Both the position numbers and the translations under genes were made by a program. DNA of 49,984 bases from Gammaproteobacteria bacterium (GTDB taxonomy: Bacteria; Pseudomonadota; Gammaproteobacteria; GCA-002705445; GCA-002716945). Shown here in pieces: positions 1 to 10,639 of the stretch. The notes under the pieces were generated by a model that saw only the letters and a list, made by a program, of their open reading frames with translations, did not search any database and was not told where the DNA came from. How positions within the stretch are numbered: position 1 is the stretch's first letter; every line of letters begins with the position of its first letter. Where the stretch lies: NCBI GenBank assembly GCA_045561195.1, contig JBJKYE010000029.1, positions 1 to 49,984 on the forward strand, in the 5' to 3' direction.

Positions 1-42
1 AATACTAATTAAAGTAAATTTATACTAAAATGTAGGTAAATT

Positions 43-3000
43 ATGCCTGATCAAATATACATATTTATAGATTCAGCCTTCATTAGAGATAATAAAGCTG
101 GATTAACTTCTAATGATTCTATTAATATGTCGACAAAGTATAAGAATATATATAAGTTCTCATATAAAACAGCTTTGACTAGTAATCAGCTTAAAACTTT
201 AAAGAAACTTCTTAGATGTAACAGTCAATTAACGGAAGAGGACATATCAAAGAATTCTATAGTTATTGGCAACAGATCAAGTCATAAATCTCCATGGTCA
301 GAAAAAGCTAGACAAATAATCCTAAATTGTGGTTTTGATAATACTTTAAAAATAGATCGTTTGAGATTTTATGATATTGCTGACAACAAACAATTAACCA
401 GAGTTAAGGCTAACCCAAATATTCTTTTTGATAAAATGACCGAGTTACTATTTTTAAAAAAGATTGACATAATTAACTATCTTTTTTTCAACGAAAATAT
501 AGAAAAGAAATCAACGTTTAATCATATATCATTGCAATCAATTGCCAAATATAATAAAAAAATGGGCTTAGCCTTGAGTAGTTTGGAGATAGAGTACTTA
601 AAAAAAATGTATACAAAGCTAAAAAGATCTCCCACTGATGTCGAGCTAATGATGTTTGCTCAAATTAATTCTGAGCATTGTAGACATAAAATTTTCAATT
701 CACAGTTAAATATTGATAATTCTATCAAACCACTCTCATTATTTAAATTAATCAAACGTACATACAAAAAAAGTAATAATGATGTAGTGTCAGCCTATAC
801 AGATAATTGCTCGATTATTAAATCTAATAAGACCAAATTTTTATCATCAGATATTTCTTCAAAAAAATATAAATATATTTCGGAAAGCGGTTTATATATT
901 ATCAAAGCAGAAACCCATAATCATCCAACTGCTATATCACCTCATGCTGGCGCAGCTACTGGGTCGGGTGGTGAATTGAGAGACGAAGGTGCCACTGGTT
1001 TAGGGTCTCTTCCAAAAGTTGGTTTCACAGGCTATACATTATCAAATTTAAATATTCCTAATCAGAAAAATATCTGGGAAAAAACCTCTGTCACAAGACC
1101 ATCTAGAATTAAATCAGCTCTTGATATAATAATAGAAGCTCCAATTGGCGCTGCTTCCTATAATAACGAATTTGGTAGACCAAATATTTTTGGATATTTT
1201 AGAACTTGTGAATTTACTGTTTTTAATAAAAATAAAAATCTCAAAGCTATTGGCTATCATAAGCCTATTATGCTTGCTGGTGGTATAGGAACCATAAGAT
1301 CCAATCATACGCATAAATCAAAATTATCTGATGGTGATTTAGTCATAATTCTAGGTGGACCATCATATGTGATTGGTATTGGTGGTGGTGCAGCCTCATC
1401 ATTATCATCAGGCTCAAGCACAGAAGATTTAGATTTTTCTTCTGTTCAAAGAGACAATCCTGAAATAGAACGACGATGCCAAGAAGTTATCAATCAATGT
1501 GTATATCTAAATGACCGTACTCCGATTAAAAGCATCCATGATATAGGTGCAGGTGGCTTATGTAATGCTGTCCCCGAAATTGTTCATGAATCAAAAATGG
1601 GTGCAAATATAAAAATGTCCAGTATACCTCTGGGCGAAGATTCAATGTCACCCCTAGAAATATGGTGTAATGAATCTCAAGAGAGATATGTAATCATTAT
1701 TAACAAGAATGATCTACCGTTATTCGACAATATATGCAAAAGAGAAAACTGCCCTTACTCTTCAATTGGCCAAGTCACAAAAAGACCTTATTTACAAGTA
1801 TTTGACTTGGACGATAAAACAAAAGTGATTGATTTACCAATGAATTTTTTATTAGGAAAGCCTCCATTAGAGTCAATCGACATCAAAGGCCACAGGAAAG
1901 AAAATTCTGAAAAAAATGTAAAGCTGCTATCTTTCTTAGATAGTGCTAAAAACATTCTAATGCTACCTTCTGTTTCTGATAAAAGTTTTTTAATCACGAT
2001 AGGCGATAGATCTGTTACAGGATTAGTGTCTCGTGATCAAATGATTGGCCCACATCAGGTTCCCGTTTCTAATATTGGCATCACATCTTCAAGCATTGGA
2101 TCTAAAAATGGTCAAGTCTTGACAATAGGGGAAAGACCAATGATTGCTATCTCTAATCCTGAGGCATCTGCAGAAATATCTTTTGGTGAGGTAATCACAA
2201 ATATCTCTAGTAGTCATATTAAAGATTTATCTAAAATAAAGATATCAGCCAATTGGATGGCATCATCAAAGAATAAAAACGAGATAGAAGGTCTATATAG
2301 TGCTGTAAGAAAAGTATCAGATCTTTGTCAATACTTAGATATAACTATACCAGTTGGAAAGGACTCTCTTTCTATGAATACATCATGGTCTGAAAATAAA
2401 TCTATTAACCAAGTTGAGAGTCCAGTTAGCTTGATACTTTCTGCTTTTAGTTCAATAGATGATATTAATGAATATAAGTCTCCAGATATAAAAGGAAATG
2501 GTAATTTATTCTTGATCGACTTAGGAGATGGTAAAAATAGATTAGGCGGATCATCATTCCATCAAATGCATAATATTATCAGTCATGACGTACCTAGACT
2601 AGACAATAAAGATAATTTAATTAATTTTTTCAAATTCATTCAAAAACTTCATAAAAATAAATTAATTGAATCATATCATGATAAATCTGATGGAGGTCTT
2701 TTTGTTACGTTATCTGAAATGGCTCTGGCGGGAAATAAATCAATTATTATCAACAAGAGTTTAGAAAGATATTATTCAGATGATTTGATGAAAGAATTCT
2801 TTTTTAATGAAGAGCTGGGGGCTGTAGTTGAAATAAATAAAAAGCGAACTAAAGATTTTATGCGTATAGTTTCAAGCTACAAACTAGAACATCTTGTAAT
2901 CGATCTAGGAGATACAAAGAATACTATTAAACCAAGTATAACTATTAAGTCGGGCAAAGATATTATTATACCTCTTACGGAGATAAGACGTTATTGGAGT

Positions 3001-3912
3001 AAATTATCTTATGATATTCAGAAGCTTCGAGATAATCCTAAGACTGCAAAAGATGAGTATATGGGTAAAATTAATCTCCATAAAAAAATGATTAAACAAA
3101 AGGATAAATTGAGCTTTAATTTGAAAGACCCTCTAAAAGTTAAGAAGAAATTTGCGACAAAACCCAAAGTTGCGATACTACGTGAGCAAGGGGTTAATGG
3201 ACACAAAGAAATGGCGCATTCTTTTATACAAACTGGATTTGATGCCCATGATATACATATAAATGATTTAATCAGTGGAGATATAGATATCAACAAGTAC
3301 GAAGGATTGGTCGCATGTGGAGGGTTTTCATATGGGGATGTTTTAGGCGCAGGAACAGGGTGGTCCAATAAGATTTTATATAATGATAAAATTAGGAATA
3401 ATTTAGAATTGTTCTTTTCTAGTCGTAATAAGTTTGCATTAGGTGTTTGTAATGGTTGTCAGATGTTATCTCAACTTAAAGAAATAATACCTGGAACATC
3501 ACATTGGCCACAGTTTGTAAGAAATGTATCAAACCAATTTGAAGCTAGATTATCTAGAATCAAGATTAACAAGTCAAAATCTATCTTTTTTAAAGGTATG
3601 GAGGGATCAATCCTGCCCGTGATAGTTTCGCATGGCGAAGGTAGAGCAATATTTGTGAATAACCAAGATAGCAAAAAAGGTATAATTAATTATGTGGATC
3701 AAAGTAATAAGATTTCTATGAGATATCCATTTAACCCTAATGGGTCATTAAATGGTTCAAATGGTTTTACAAATAATGATGGAAGAGTAACCATTCTTAT
3801 GCCTCACCCCGAGAGGTTATATGAGATAAGTCAATATTCGTATATTTCGTCAGATTGGCAGATATCTCCATGGACGAAATTTTTTATTAATGCACGTGAG
3901 TGGTTAAAATAA
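43..3912 (+). CDS. purL: Phosphoribosylformylglycinamidine (FGAM) synthase, single-chain large form
   Basis: 1289-aa ORF with the large PurL architecture. The synthetase core carries HNHPTAISPHAGAATGSGGELRDEGATG. The C-terminal class I glutamine amidotransferase carries GVCNGCQML and MPHPER. The N-terminus is divergent, so an alternative start at 127 (MSTKY...) is possible. Confidence 0.95.
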   Translation: MPDQIYIFIDSAFIRDNKAGLTSNDSINMSTKYKNIYKFSYKTALTSNQLKTLKKLLRCNSQLTEEDISKNSIVIGNRSSHKSPWSEKARQIILNCGFDNTLKIDRLRFYDIADNKQLTRVKANPNILFDKMTELLFLKKIDIINYLFFNENIEKKSTFNHISLQSIAKYNKKMGLALSSLEIEYLKKMYTKLKRSPTDVELMMFAQINSEHCRHKIFNSQLNIDNSIKPLSLFKLIKRTYKKSNNDVVSAYTDNCSIIKSNKTKFLSSDISSKKYKYISESGLYIIKAETHNHPTAISPHAGAATGSGGELRDEGATGLGSLPKVGFTGYTLSNLNIPNQKNIWEKTSVTRPSRIKSALDIIIEAPIGAASYNNEFGRPNIFGYFRTCEFTVFNKNKNLKAIGYHKPIMLAGGIGTIRSNHTHKSKLSDGDLVIILGGPSYVIGIGGGAASSLSSGSSTEDLDFSSVQRDNPEIERRCQEVINQCVYLNDRTPIKSIHDIGAGGLCNAVPEIVHESKMGANIKMSSIPLGEDSMSPLEIWCNESQERYVIIINKNDLPLFDNICKRENCPYSSIGQVTKRPYLQVFDLDDKTKVIDLPMNFLLGKPPLESIDIKGHRKENSEKNVKLLSFLDSAKNILMLPSVSDKSFLITIGDRSVTGLVSRDQMIGPHQVPVSNIGITSSSIGSKNGQVLTIGERPMIAISNPEASAEISFGEVITNISSSHIKDLSKIKISANWMASSKNKNEIEGLYSAVRKVSDLCQYLDITIPVGKDSLSMNTSWSENKSINQVESPVSLILSAFSSIDDINEYKSPDIKGNGNLFLIDLGDGKNRLGGSSFHQMHNIISHDVPRLDNKDNLINFFKFIQKLHKNKLIESYHDKSDGGLFVTLSEMALAGNKSIIINKSLERYYSDDLMKEFFFNEELGAVVEINKKRTKDFMRIVSSYKLEHLVIDLGDTKNTIKPSITIKSGKDIIIPLTEIRRYWSKLSYDIQKLRDNPKTAKDEYMGKINLHKKMIKQKDKLSFNLKDPLKVKKKFATKPKVAILREQGVNGHKEMAHSFIQTGFDAHDIHINDLISGDIDINKYEGLVACGGFSYGDVLGAGTGWSNKILYNDKIRNNLELFFSSRNKFALGVCNGCQMLSQLKEIIPGTSHWPQFVRNVSNQFEARLSRIKINKSKSIFFKGMEGSILPVIVSHGEGRAIFVNNQDSKKGIINYVDQSNKISMRYPFNPNGSLNGSNGFTNNDGRVTILMPHPERLYEISQYSYISSDWQISPWTKFFINAREWLK

Positions 3913-4838
3913 TGTCAAAGTATAATTTAGATAAAGAAAATTCTATAACTGATGAAATCTATTTTAGAAATAGAAGAAAAATAATGTCATCAAGTCTAGT
4001 TATCCCGTTTCTACTAAATTCTAGTCTATTCGCTTCGACCAAAAAAAATTTACCTTTTATTAAAGATACTGAATTTAGTACTAATGAACAGACAAATACA
4101 ATAAAACAAATCACTTCTTATAATAACTTTTATGAGCTAGGTTCAGGGAAACGTGATCCTATGTTTAACTCCGATAAACTAAAAACTGATGAGTGGACAT
4201 TAACTATAGATGGCTTGGTAGAAAAGCCACTTGTTCTAAGTATGGATGACTTAATAAAAAGATATCAATTAGAAGAGAGGATATATAGATTGAGATGCGT
4301 AGAAGCATGGTCGATGGTTGTTCCATGGATAGGCTTCGAGCTCAGGCATATATTAAAAGAAGTTAAACCTCTGTATAATGCTAAATATGTATCTTTTGAA
4401 TCTATTCTTGATCCTGAAAATTTACCTGGTCAAAAAAGGAATGTTTTGAATTGGCCCTATAGAGAAGGTTTGAGAATGGATGAAGCGTTAAACCCACTGG
4501 CACTAATTTCTGTTGGATTATATGGTAAAGTTATGCCTAACCAAAATGGAGCTCCTGTTCGATTAATTGTTCCATGGAAATATGGATTCAAAAGTATTAA
4601 ATCAATCGTAAAGATTTCGTTTGTAGAAGATGAGCCAATATGCACCTGGAATCAACAAGCTCCTGATGAATATGGTTTTTATTCAAATGTTAATCCATAT
4701 GTTGATCACCCAAGATGGAGCCAAAAAAGAGAGAGAAGAATTGGAGAATTTGGCAAAAGAGATACTTTATTGTTTAATGGCTACAGCAACTTTGTTAATA
4801 ATCTGTATACTGGCATGGATCTAGAAAAATTCTTTTAA
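3912..4838 (+). CDS. msrP: Protein-methionine-sulfoxide reductase, molybdopterin catalytic subunit (YedY)
   Basis: Blocks match E. coli MsrP as I remember it: YNNFYELG, EERIYRLRCVEAWSMVVPWIGF, NGAPVRLIVPWKYGFKSIKSIV, NPYVDHPRWSQ. The N-terminus has a twin-arginine motif (RNRRKI). The ATG at 3912 overlaps the purL stop (TAATG). The ORF-track start at 3900 is a GTG four codons upstream. Confidence 0.9.
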   Translation: MSKYNLDKENSITDEIYFRNRRKIMSSSLVIPFLLNSSLFASTKKNLPFIKDTEFSTNEQTNTIKQITSYNNFYELGSGKRDPMFNSDKLKTDEWTLTIDGLVEKPLVLSMDDLIKRYQLEERIYRLRCVEAWSMVVPWIGFELRHILKEVKPLYNAKYVSFESILDPENLPGQKRNVLNWPYREGLRMDEALNPLALISVGLYGKVMPNQNGAPVRLIVPWKYGFKSIKSIVKISFVEDEPICTWNQQAPDEYGFYSNVNPYVDHPRWSQKRERRIGEFGKRDTLLFNGYSNFVNNLYTGMDLEKFF

Positions 4839-4839
4839 G

Positions 4840-5391
4840 ATGTATCAAATAATTGTAACTTATACCTTTGTTATTACGCCGCTTATATTTATAATATTCA
4901 ACATCCTATTTAATAGCGCCATAATCAATCCTTTTTCTTATTTAATAATTTCTACTGGTTATATTTCTATGTCTCTTTTAATAATGGTATTATTTATACC
5001 ATTGTTTAAACCAATAAAGAACTTTTTTGATAGAAAAATATTTGGACTTTCAGCATTTAACTATACTTTAGTTCATCTTTTACTATATATTATAGATAAT
5101 AATATTTCCCTGAAGTATTTGTATGCTGATCTCTCTAGCTTATTATATATCCAAGTTGGTTATATAGCTTTTTTACTGTTCTTGCCTCTTGTTTTTACTT
5201 CTACAATTAAGGCTAAATTAGCTCTAAAGAATAATTGGTTCAAAATTCATCGGTTGATTTACATAATTATTCCACTATCATTTATACATTATTATCTGAT
5301 AATTAAAGCAGATTATTTATTATTCTTTATTTATCTAATAATGTTTATTTTAATATTGATTCTAAAAAAAAGGATTATTTCTAATGAATAG
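4840..5391 (+). CDS. msrQ: Methionine-sulfoxide reductase heme-binding membrane subunit (YedZ-like)
   Basis: 183-aa polytopic membrane protein starting 1 nt after the msrP stop. His residues sit in predicted TM helices (TLVHLLLY, KIHRLIY, SFIHYY), as in ferric-reductase-like heme b domains. The call rests mostly on conserved msrPQ pairing. Confidence 0.75.
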   Translation: MYQIIVTYTFVITPLIFIIFNILFNSAIINPFSYLIISTGYISMSLLIMVLFIPLFKPIKNFFDRKIFGLSAFNYTLVHLLLYIIDNNISLKYLYADLSSLLYIQVGYIAFLLFLPLVFTSTIKAKLALKNNWFKIHRLIYIIIPLSFIHYYLIIKADYLLFFIYLIMFILILILKKRIISNE

Positions 5392-7108
5392 AAGAGAGTT
5401 TGTTCAATTTTTATTAGCAGGTTGCGCGGCAGGTATAGTAAGACCGAGCTTTGGTAATGCTACAGTAAATTATAACCTTAAACCTTTTGGGAATCTTAGG
5501 TTAATGCATATAACAGATACTCATGCTCAGTTAGAACCAATGTATTTTAGAGAACCAAATTTTAATTTAGGCGTAGGTGAAAATAAAAATAGACCGCCAC
5601 ATATTGTTGGTGAAAAATTACTTAACTTTTATTCAATTGATAGCTCACTACTTAAACATGCTTATACACATCTCGATTTTAATAAACATGCAAAACAGTT
5701 TGGTAAATTTGGAGGGTATGCACACCTTAAAACATTAATTGACTCATTAAAATCTCAAGTCAATGATAATTGCTTATTACTTGATGGTGGTGATACTTGG
5801 CAAGGCAGTGGTTTATCATATTTAGAAAACGGTAGAGACATGGTTGCTGCCTCCAATTTATTAGGAGTTGATGTAATGACTGGCCATTGGGAATTTACAT
5901 ATGGAGAAGAAACCTTTATAAATAATTTAAAAAACTTTAATGGAGATTTCGTTGCACAGAATATTTCACTTACTGAAGAAGCAATATTCGATGGTTTAGA
6001 GCCTAAAGATGATGATAATCATTTTCAGCAACCTTATGTTATTAAAGTAATAAATGGAGCAAGAGTAGCTATAATTGGACAAGCTTTTCCATATACACCT
6101 ATCGCAAACCCAAAAAGATTAATTCCTAACTTAACATTTGGCATTAGAGATGCTGAATTACAGGAGCTCATTAATAATATTAAGAAAAAAGAAAAACCAT
6201 CAGTGATAATTTTACTTTCTCATAATGGTGTAGATGTAGATAAAAAAATGGCATCGAAAGTAAGCGGGTTAGATATAATCTTTGGTGGACACACACACGA
6301 TGTCTTGCCAGAGCCTATAATTGTAAAAAATAACTATAATTCAACCTTAGTAATAAACTCAGGTTGCAACGGCAAGTTTGTCTCCGTCCTTGATTTGGAT
6401 ATACAAAGAACAACGTTTAGTTATCGTTATAAGCTACTGCCTGTTCTATCTAATCAGATTAATCCATCTAAAGAAATGGATAAACTTATCATGAAATATA
6501 GTAAGCCTCATTCCCATCATCTAAATGAGGTAATAGGTAAGGCTAATACTGATCTTTATAGAAGAGGAAACTTCAATGGATCATTTGATAAATTAATTTG
6601 TGATTCAATGACAAATATCCTGGATGCTGAGATTTCACTCTCTCCAGGGTTTAGGTGGGGGCCTACTGTCTTGGCAAACGAAGAAATTAAAATGTCAGAC
6701 ATATATAATCATACCGCGATAACTTATCCTAATGTCTATCGAAGAGAATTAACGGGAGAGAGTATTAAGAATATCCTCGAAGATGTTGCGGATAATATAT
6801 TTAATCCGGACCCATATCTTCAACAAGGCGGTGATATGGTTAGAACCACCGGTATTAGTTATAAAATAACTCCACGAAATAAGATAAACAAAAGATTAAG
6901 TGATATACGAACAAAAGATGGTAAACAATTGATAAATAACAATAAATATATAGTATGTGGATGGGCTAGTGTTAATTCAGAAGAGACAGGTAAGCCTATA
7001 TGGGATATTACAAGAGAATACTTAAGTGACATAAAATACTATGACTTAGCCGATATAAAGCAACCACGTGTATTACTAGAAGATGATAATTTTGGGCTAG
7101 AAACTTAG
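5384..7108 (+). CDS. soxB: Thiosulfohydrolase SoxB (dinuclear metallophosphoesterase / 5'-nucleotidase fold)
   Basis: Tat signal (MNRREFVQFLLAG). Metallophosphoesterase motifs are present: HITDTHAQ, DGGDTWQG, GHWEF, SHNG, GGHTHD. The protein also carries DGGDTW, IGQAFPY, YRRGNF and QQGGDM, which as I recall are the peptide blocks targeted by the standard degenerate soxB PCR primers. The start overlaps the msrQ stop by 8 nt. Confidence 0.85.
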   Translation: MNRREFVQFLLAGCAAGIVRPSFGNATVNYNLKPFGNLRLMHITDTHAQLEPMYFREPNFNLGVGENKNRPPHIVGEKLLNFYSIDSSLLKHAYTHLDFNKHAKQFGKFGGYAHLKTLIDSLKSQVNDNCLLLDGGDTWQGSGLSYLENGRDMVAASNLLGVDVMTGHWEFTYGEETFINNLKNFNGDFVAQNISLTEEAIFDGLEPKDDDNHFQQPYVIKVINGARVAIIGQAFPYTPIANPKRLIPNLTFGIRDAELQELINNIKKKEKPSVIILLSHNGVDVDKKMASKVSGLDIIFGGHTHDVLPEPIIVKNNYNSTLVINSGCNGKFVSVLDLDIQRTTFSYRYKLLPVLSNQINPSKEMDKLIMKYSKPHSHHLNEVIGKANTDLYRRGNFNGSFDKLICDSMTNILDAEISLSPGFRWGPTVLANEEIKMSDIYNHTAITYPNVYRRELTGESIKNILEDVADNIFNPDPYLQQGGDMVRTTGISYKITPRNKINKRLSDIRTKDGKQLINNNKYIVCGWASVNSEETGKPIWDITREYLSDIKYYDLADIKQPRVLLEDDNFGLET

Positions 7109-7178
7109 TTACAAGAAAAATAGAAAATGTTAATATTTCATTTGGATTCACATAGTATTTTTGGAAAAAGGAGACCTT

Positions 7179-8450
7179 ATGTTTGACGTAGATATGAAAA
7201 TTGCTGGTTTTGATGATGAGCTAAATGATGCCATCAAAAAAGAGATAATAAGACAAGAAGAGCACGTAGAACTGATTGCGTCAGAAAATTATGCAAGTCC
7301 GAGGGTCCTCGAGGCTCAAGGCTCTGTACTCACAAACAAATATGCAGAAGGGTATCCTTATAAGAGGTATTATGGTGGCTGTGAGAATGTAGACATTGCT
7401 GAACAATTGGCAATTGATCGATTAAAGGAAATCTATGGTGCTGATTATGCGAATGTTCAGCCGCATTCAGGATCTCAAGCAAATGCTGCAGTATATCTTG
7501 CGCTACTAAATGCCGGAGACACAATACTGGGAATGAGTCTAGATGCTGGTGGACATTTAACACATGGCTCTAAGGTTAACTTTTCTGGTAAATTATTTAA
7601 TGCAGTTCAATATGGCATAGATGATAATGGCATGCTTGATTATGATGAAATAGAAAAATTAGCTGATGAACATAAGCCAAAAATGGTTGTAGCTGGTTTT
7701 TCTGCTTACTCACAAGTAGTAGATTGGGAAAGAATGGCGCAAATTGCTAAGAAAGTTAATGCATACTTCATGGTAGACATGGCTCATGTATCTGGATTAA
7801 TTGCGGGTGGCGTTTATCCTTCTCCTGTACCATTTGCTGATGTTGTTACTTCAACTACTCATAAAACACTGAGAGGCCCAAGAGGTGGAATAATCATTTG
7901 TAAATCAAATCCTGATTTAGAAAAGAAATTTAATTCTCTTGTATTCCCAGGAACTCAAGGTGGTCCACTAATGCATGTTATCGCAGCTAAGGCGGTTGCC
8001 TTCAAAGAGGCTTTAGAACCTGAGTTTAAAGAATACATGCAACAAGTAGTTCTTAATGCAAATGTTTTAGCTAAAACTATAATGGACAGAGGTTTTGATA
8101 TAGTTTCTGGAGGAACTAAAAACCATCTGATGTTAGTAAGCCTTGTCAAGCAAGGACTAACAGGCAAGGCAGCTGATGCAGCACTTCATAAAGCTAATAT
8201 CACTGTTAATAAAAATTCAGTTCCTAATGATCCTCAAAGCCCCTTTGTCACAAGCGGGATTAGGTTAGGCACGGCAGCTATAACTACAAGAGGTTTCAAG
8301 GAAGCTGAAACTACGGTTCTTGGAAATCTAATATGTGATGTATTGGATGATATAGAAAATGAATCTAATATTAACTCTGTAAAAGAGAAAATATTAAATT
8401 TAACATCACAGTTTCCTGTATATGCAACCAACAAGAAAGCTGTTGCGTAA
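7179..8450 (+). CDS. glyA: Serine hydroxymethyltransferase
   Basis: Canonical SHMT blocks: [39 protein letters not shown] (PLP lysine). The ATG at 7179 is preceded by AAGGAG (7168-7173). The ORF-track start at 7161 is a TTG extension. Confidence 0.97.
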   Translation: MFDVDMKIAGFDDELNDAIKKEIIRQEEHVELIASENYASPRVLEAQGSVLTNKYAEGYPYKRYYGGCENVDIAEQLAIDRLKEIYGADYANVQPHSGSQANAAVYLALLNAGDTILGMSLDAGGHLTHGSKVNFSGKLFNAVQYGIDDNGMLDYDEIEKLADEHKPKMVVAGFSAYSQVVDWERMAQIAKKVNAYFMVDMAHVSGLIAGGVYPSPVPFADVVTSTTHKTLRGPRGGIIICKSNPDLEKKFNSLVFPGTQGGPLMHVIAAKAVAFKEALEPEFKEYMQQVVLNANVLAKTIMDRGFDIVSGGTKNHLMLVSLVKQGLTGKAADAALHKANITVNKNSVPNDPQSPFVTSGIRLGTAAITTRGFKEAETTVLGNLICDVLDDIENESNINSVKEKILNLTSQFPVYATNKKAVA

Positions 8451-8462
8451 GGATGGCTTAAA

Positions 8463-8963
8463 GTGCGCTGTCCATTTTGTGGAGAGCCTGAAACAAAGGT
8501 AATTGATTCACGGCTAAGTACTGAGACTAATGCTATAAAAAGGCGTAGAGAGTGTATTTCTTGTCAAAAACGTTTTAATACTACAGAGCATTCTGAGTTA
8601 TCTTATCCGAGAGTTATAAAATCAGATAAGTCATCTGAATTATTTTCTGAGGAAAAAATTAAAATAGGTGTTAATTTAGCCTTGGAGAAAAGAATTAATC
8701 CAATAGAAGATATTGAAAATACTTTTAAAAATATCTTTCAAAAATGTTTAACTTTTACTGAAAAAGAAATCTCATCTAAACATATAGGCGAAATTGTCAT
8801 GAACGAGTTGCTGGGGCTTGATCATGTAGCATATTTAAGATTTGCTTCTGTCTACCTTAATTTTGAAAACAAGGATTCCTTTACTAAAATTATAAAAAAC
8901 TTAGAAAAAGATTTATCTCCAGAAATGCGAAAACGTCAAAAACAGTTACTAGATGATGACTAA
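8463..8963 (+). CDS. nrdR: Transcriptional repressor NrdR
   Basis: GTG start. N-terminal zinc ribbon (MRCPFCG...CISCQKRFNT) plus an ATP-cone (VAYLRFASVY). Conserved position upstream of ribD. Confidence 0.93.
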   Translation: MRCPFCGEPETKVIDSRLSTETNAIKRRRECISCQKRFNTTEHSELSYPRVIKSDKSSELFSEEKIKIGVNLALEKRINPIEDIENTFKNIFQKCLTFTEKEISSKHIGEIVMNELLGLDHVAYLRFASVYLNFENKDSFTKIIKNLEKDLSPEMRKRQKQLLDDD

Positions 8964-10059
8964 CAACGAAACTGATAAATTTTATATGAAAGAAGTTCTT
9001 TTGCTAGCTGCAAAAGGAAAATATACTGTACAACCTAACCCTATGGTTGGAGCTCTGATTGTTAAGGATAATAAGATAATCGGCTCTGGTTATCATAGAA
9101 AACCAGGTACACCCCATGCTGAACAAGTTGCCATTAAAAAAGCAGGAAGAAAATCAAAAGATGCAACTTTATATATAAACTTAGAGCCATGTTGTCATTA
9201 TGGTAGGACACCACCATGCTCTGATTTAATAATAGAAAGCAAAATTTCAAGAGTTGTAATTTCTTCATTAGATCCAAATCCATTGGTAAATGGAAAAAGC
9301 GTGAAGCAATTGAGAAAATATGGAATTAAAGTTAAGACAGGGGTTCTAAAAAGAAAGTCACTAGAATTAAACAAAGGATTCTTTAGTAAATTTATAAACA
9401 AAAGGCCACATGTCACTGCTAAATTTGGTGTATCTCTGGATGGTAAAATATCTTTGTTAAATGGAACAAGTAAATGGATCACGTCGTCTGATTCCAGAAA
9501 AGACGCGCAAGAAGAAAGAGCTTCGCGCTCCCTGATTTTTACCTCATCCAAAACAGTACTTAGAGATAACCCGCAAATGACTATAAGAGATCCTATTCTA
9601 TTAGATAAAATAATTAAACAGCCTAATATTGCTATAATTGATAGAAATCTTAAAATCCCAATTAATAGTAAAATATTTAAAGATAAAAGTAGGTTGGTTT
9701 ATATTTTCACTAATAGAAATCAATCATCAAAAAAGTTTCGATCGAATGTAATTCTGGTTAAAACTTCATCAGATAATAATAAAATAAATATAAAAGAATG
9801 CTTACGGTTTCTTGCTAAGCAAGATATTAATAGTATACTATTGGAATCAGGATCAAATCTCATGAGCTCTTTTCTAAGGGAAAAATTAGTTGACGAATTA
9901 ATTTTATATTTTTCTCCTAGAATGTTAGGTTCATCTGCTATTTCTTTTTCTGGTATTCAAGATATTGAGAAACTATCTAAGAAGATCAAATTTTCTATAA
10001 ATGATATGATTGTAATTAATCAAGATCTTAAATTAGTATTAGAGAATGAATATGTTTAG
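8953..10059 (+). CDS. ribD: Bifunctional diaminohydroxyphosphoribosylaminopyrimidine deaminase / 5-amino-6-(5-phosphoribosylamino)uracil reductase
   Basis: The CMP/dCMP deaminase zinc motifs are HAEQVA and PCCHYGRTPPC. A C-terminal RibD reductase domain follows. The start overlaps the nrdR stop. Confidence 0.92.
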   Translation: MMTNNETDKFYMKEVLLLAAKGKYTVQPNPMVGALIVKDNKIIGSGYHRKPGTPHAEQVAIKKAGRKSKDATLYINLEPCCHYGRTPPCSDLIIESKISRVVISSLDPNPLVNGKSVKQLRKYGIKVKTGVLKRKSLELNKGFFSKFINKRPHVTAKFGVSLDGKISLLNGTSKWITSSDSRKDAQEERASRSLIFTSSKTVLRDNPQMTIRDPILLDKIIKQPNIAIIDRNLKIPINSKIFKDKSRLVYIFTNRNQSSKKFRSNVILVKTSSDNNKINIKECLRFLAKQDINSILLESGSNLMSSFLREKLVDELILYFSPRMLGSSAISFSGIQDIEKLSKKIKFSINDMIVINQDLKLVLENEYV

Positions 10060-10639
10060 TGGAATAATAGAAAAATTAGCTCAAGTCCATGAATTTGAAG
10101 TAAGTAATGATAAAAACTATATTGCAATAGCCATAGATAATTCTGGTCTATTATTAAAAATAGGGGATAGTGTTGCCATAAATGGGGTATGTTTAACCAT
10201 TGCAAAAATTAAAGATCATCTATTTTATTATGATTTGTCACCTGAAACATTATCGTTAACATCCCTTAAAGATTTATCTGTAAATGATTTTGTTAATATT
10301 GAATATCCTCTAACACTTAATAAATTTATTAGTGGTCATATTACGACGGGTCATGTTGACACCATAGGGATAATAAAATCTCTACAAAAAATAACTGATT
10401 CATGGGAGGTTGTTGTAAAAGTAGAATCAGATATATTGAAATATATTATACGTAAAGGTTCTATTACGATTGATGGCGTTAGCTTAACAGTTAATAAGAT
10501 AGATAATAATCTTGTTTATTTGATGATAATTCCTCATACATTTAAAAACACAATCTTTAAAAATTATAAGATCGGACAAAAAGTAAATATTGAGGTAGAC
10601 TATATAACCAAGCATTTAGAGAAACTAAAAAATGATTAA
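10052..10639 (+). CDS. ribE: Riboflavin synthase (alpha chain)
   Basis: Typical MFSGIIE N-terminus and two lumazine-binding repeats (GDSVAINGVCLT, GSITIDGVSLT). The ORF track starts two codons upstream at 10046. The gene overlaps the ribD stop. Confidence 0.9.
   Translation: MFSGIIEKLAQVHEFEVSNDKNYIAIAIDNSGLLLKIGDSVAINGVCLTIAKIKDHLFYYDLSPETLSLTSLKDLSVNDFVNIEYPLTLNKFISGHITTGHVDTIGIIKSLQKITDSWEVVVKVESDILKYIIRKGSITIDGVSLTVNKIDNNLVYLMIIPHTFKNTIFKNYKIGQKVNIEVDYITKHLEKLKND

Noticed and set aside
7161-7178. N-terminal extensions in the ORF track (glyA from 7161, UDG from 16495, rfaH-like from 29790, msrP from 3900)
   Set aside because: These extensions start at non-ATG codons or overlap the upstream gene substantially. 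Internal ATGs align better with the family N-termini, and for glyA the internal ATG has a proper SD.
8451-8462. Expected FMN or TPP riboswitches upstream of the rib genes and thiL, and a THF riboswitch upstream of fhs
   Set aside because: The intergenic spacers are far too short: 12 nt before nrdR-ribD, 2 nt before thiL and 62 nt before fhs. None can hold such an aptamer, and I saw no conserved riboswitch core sequence.
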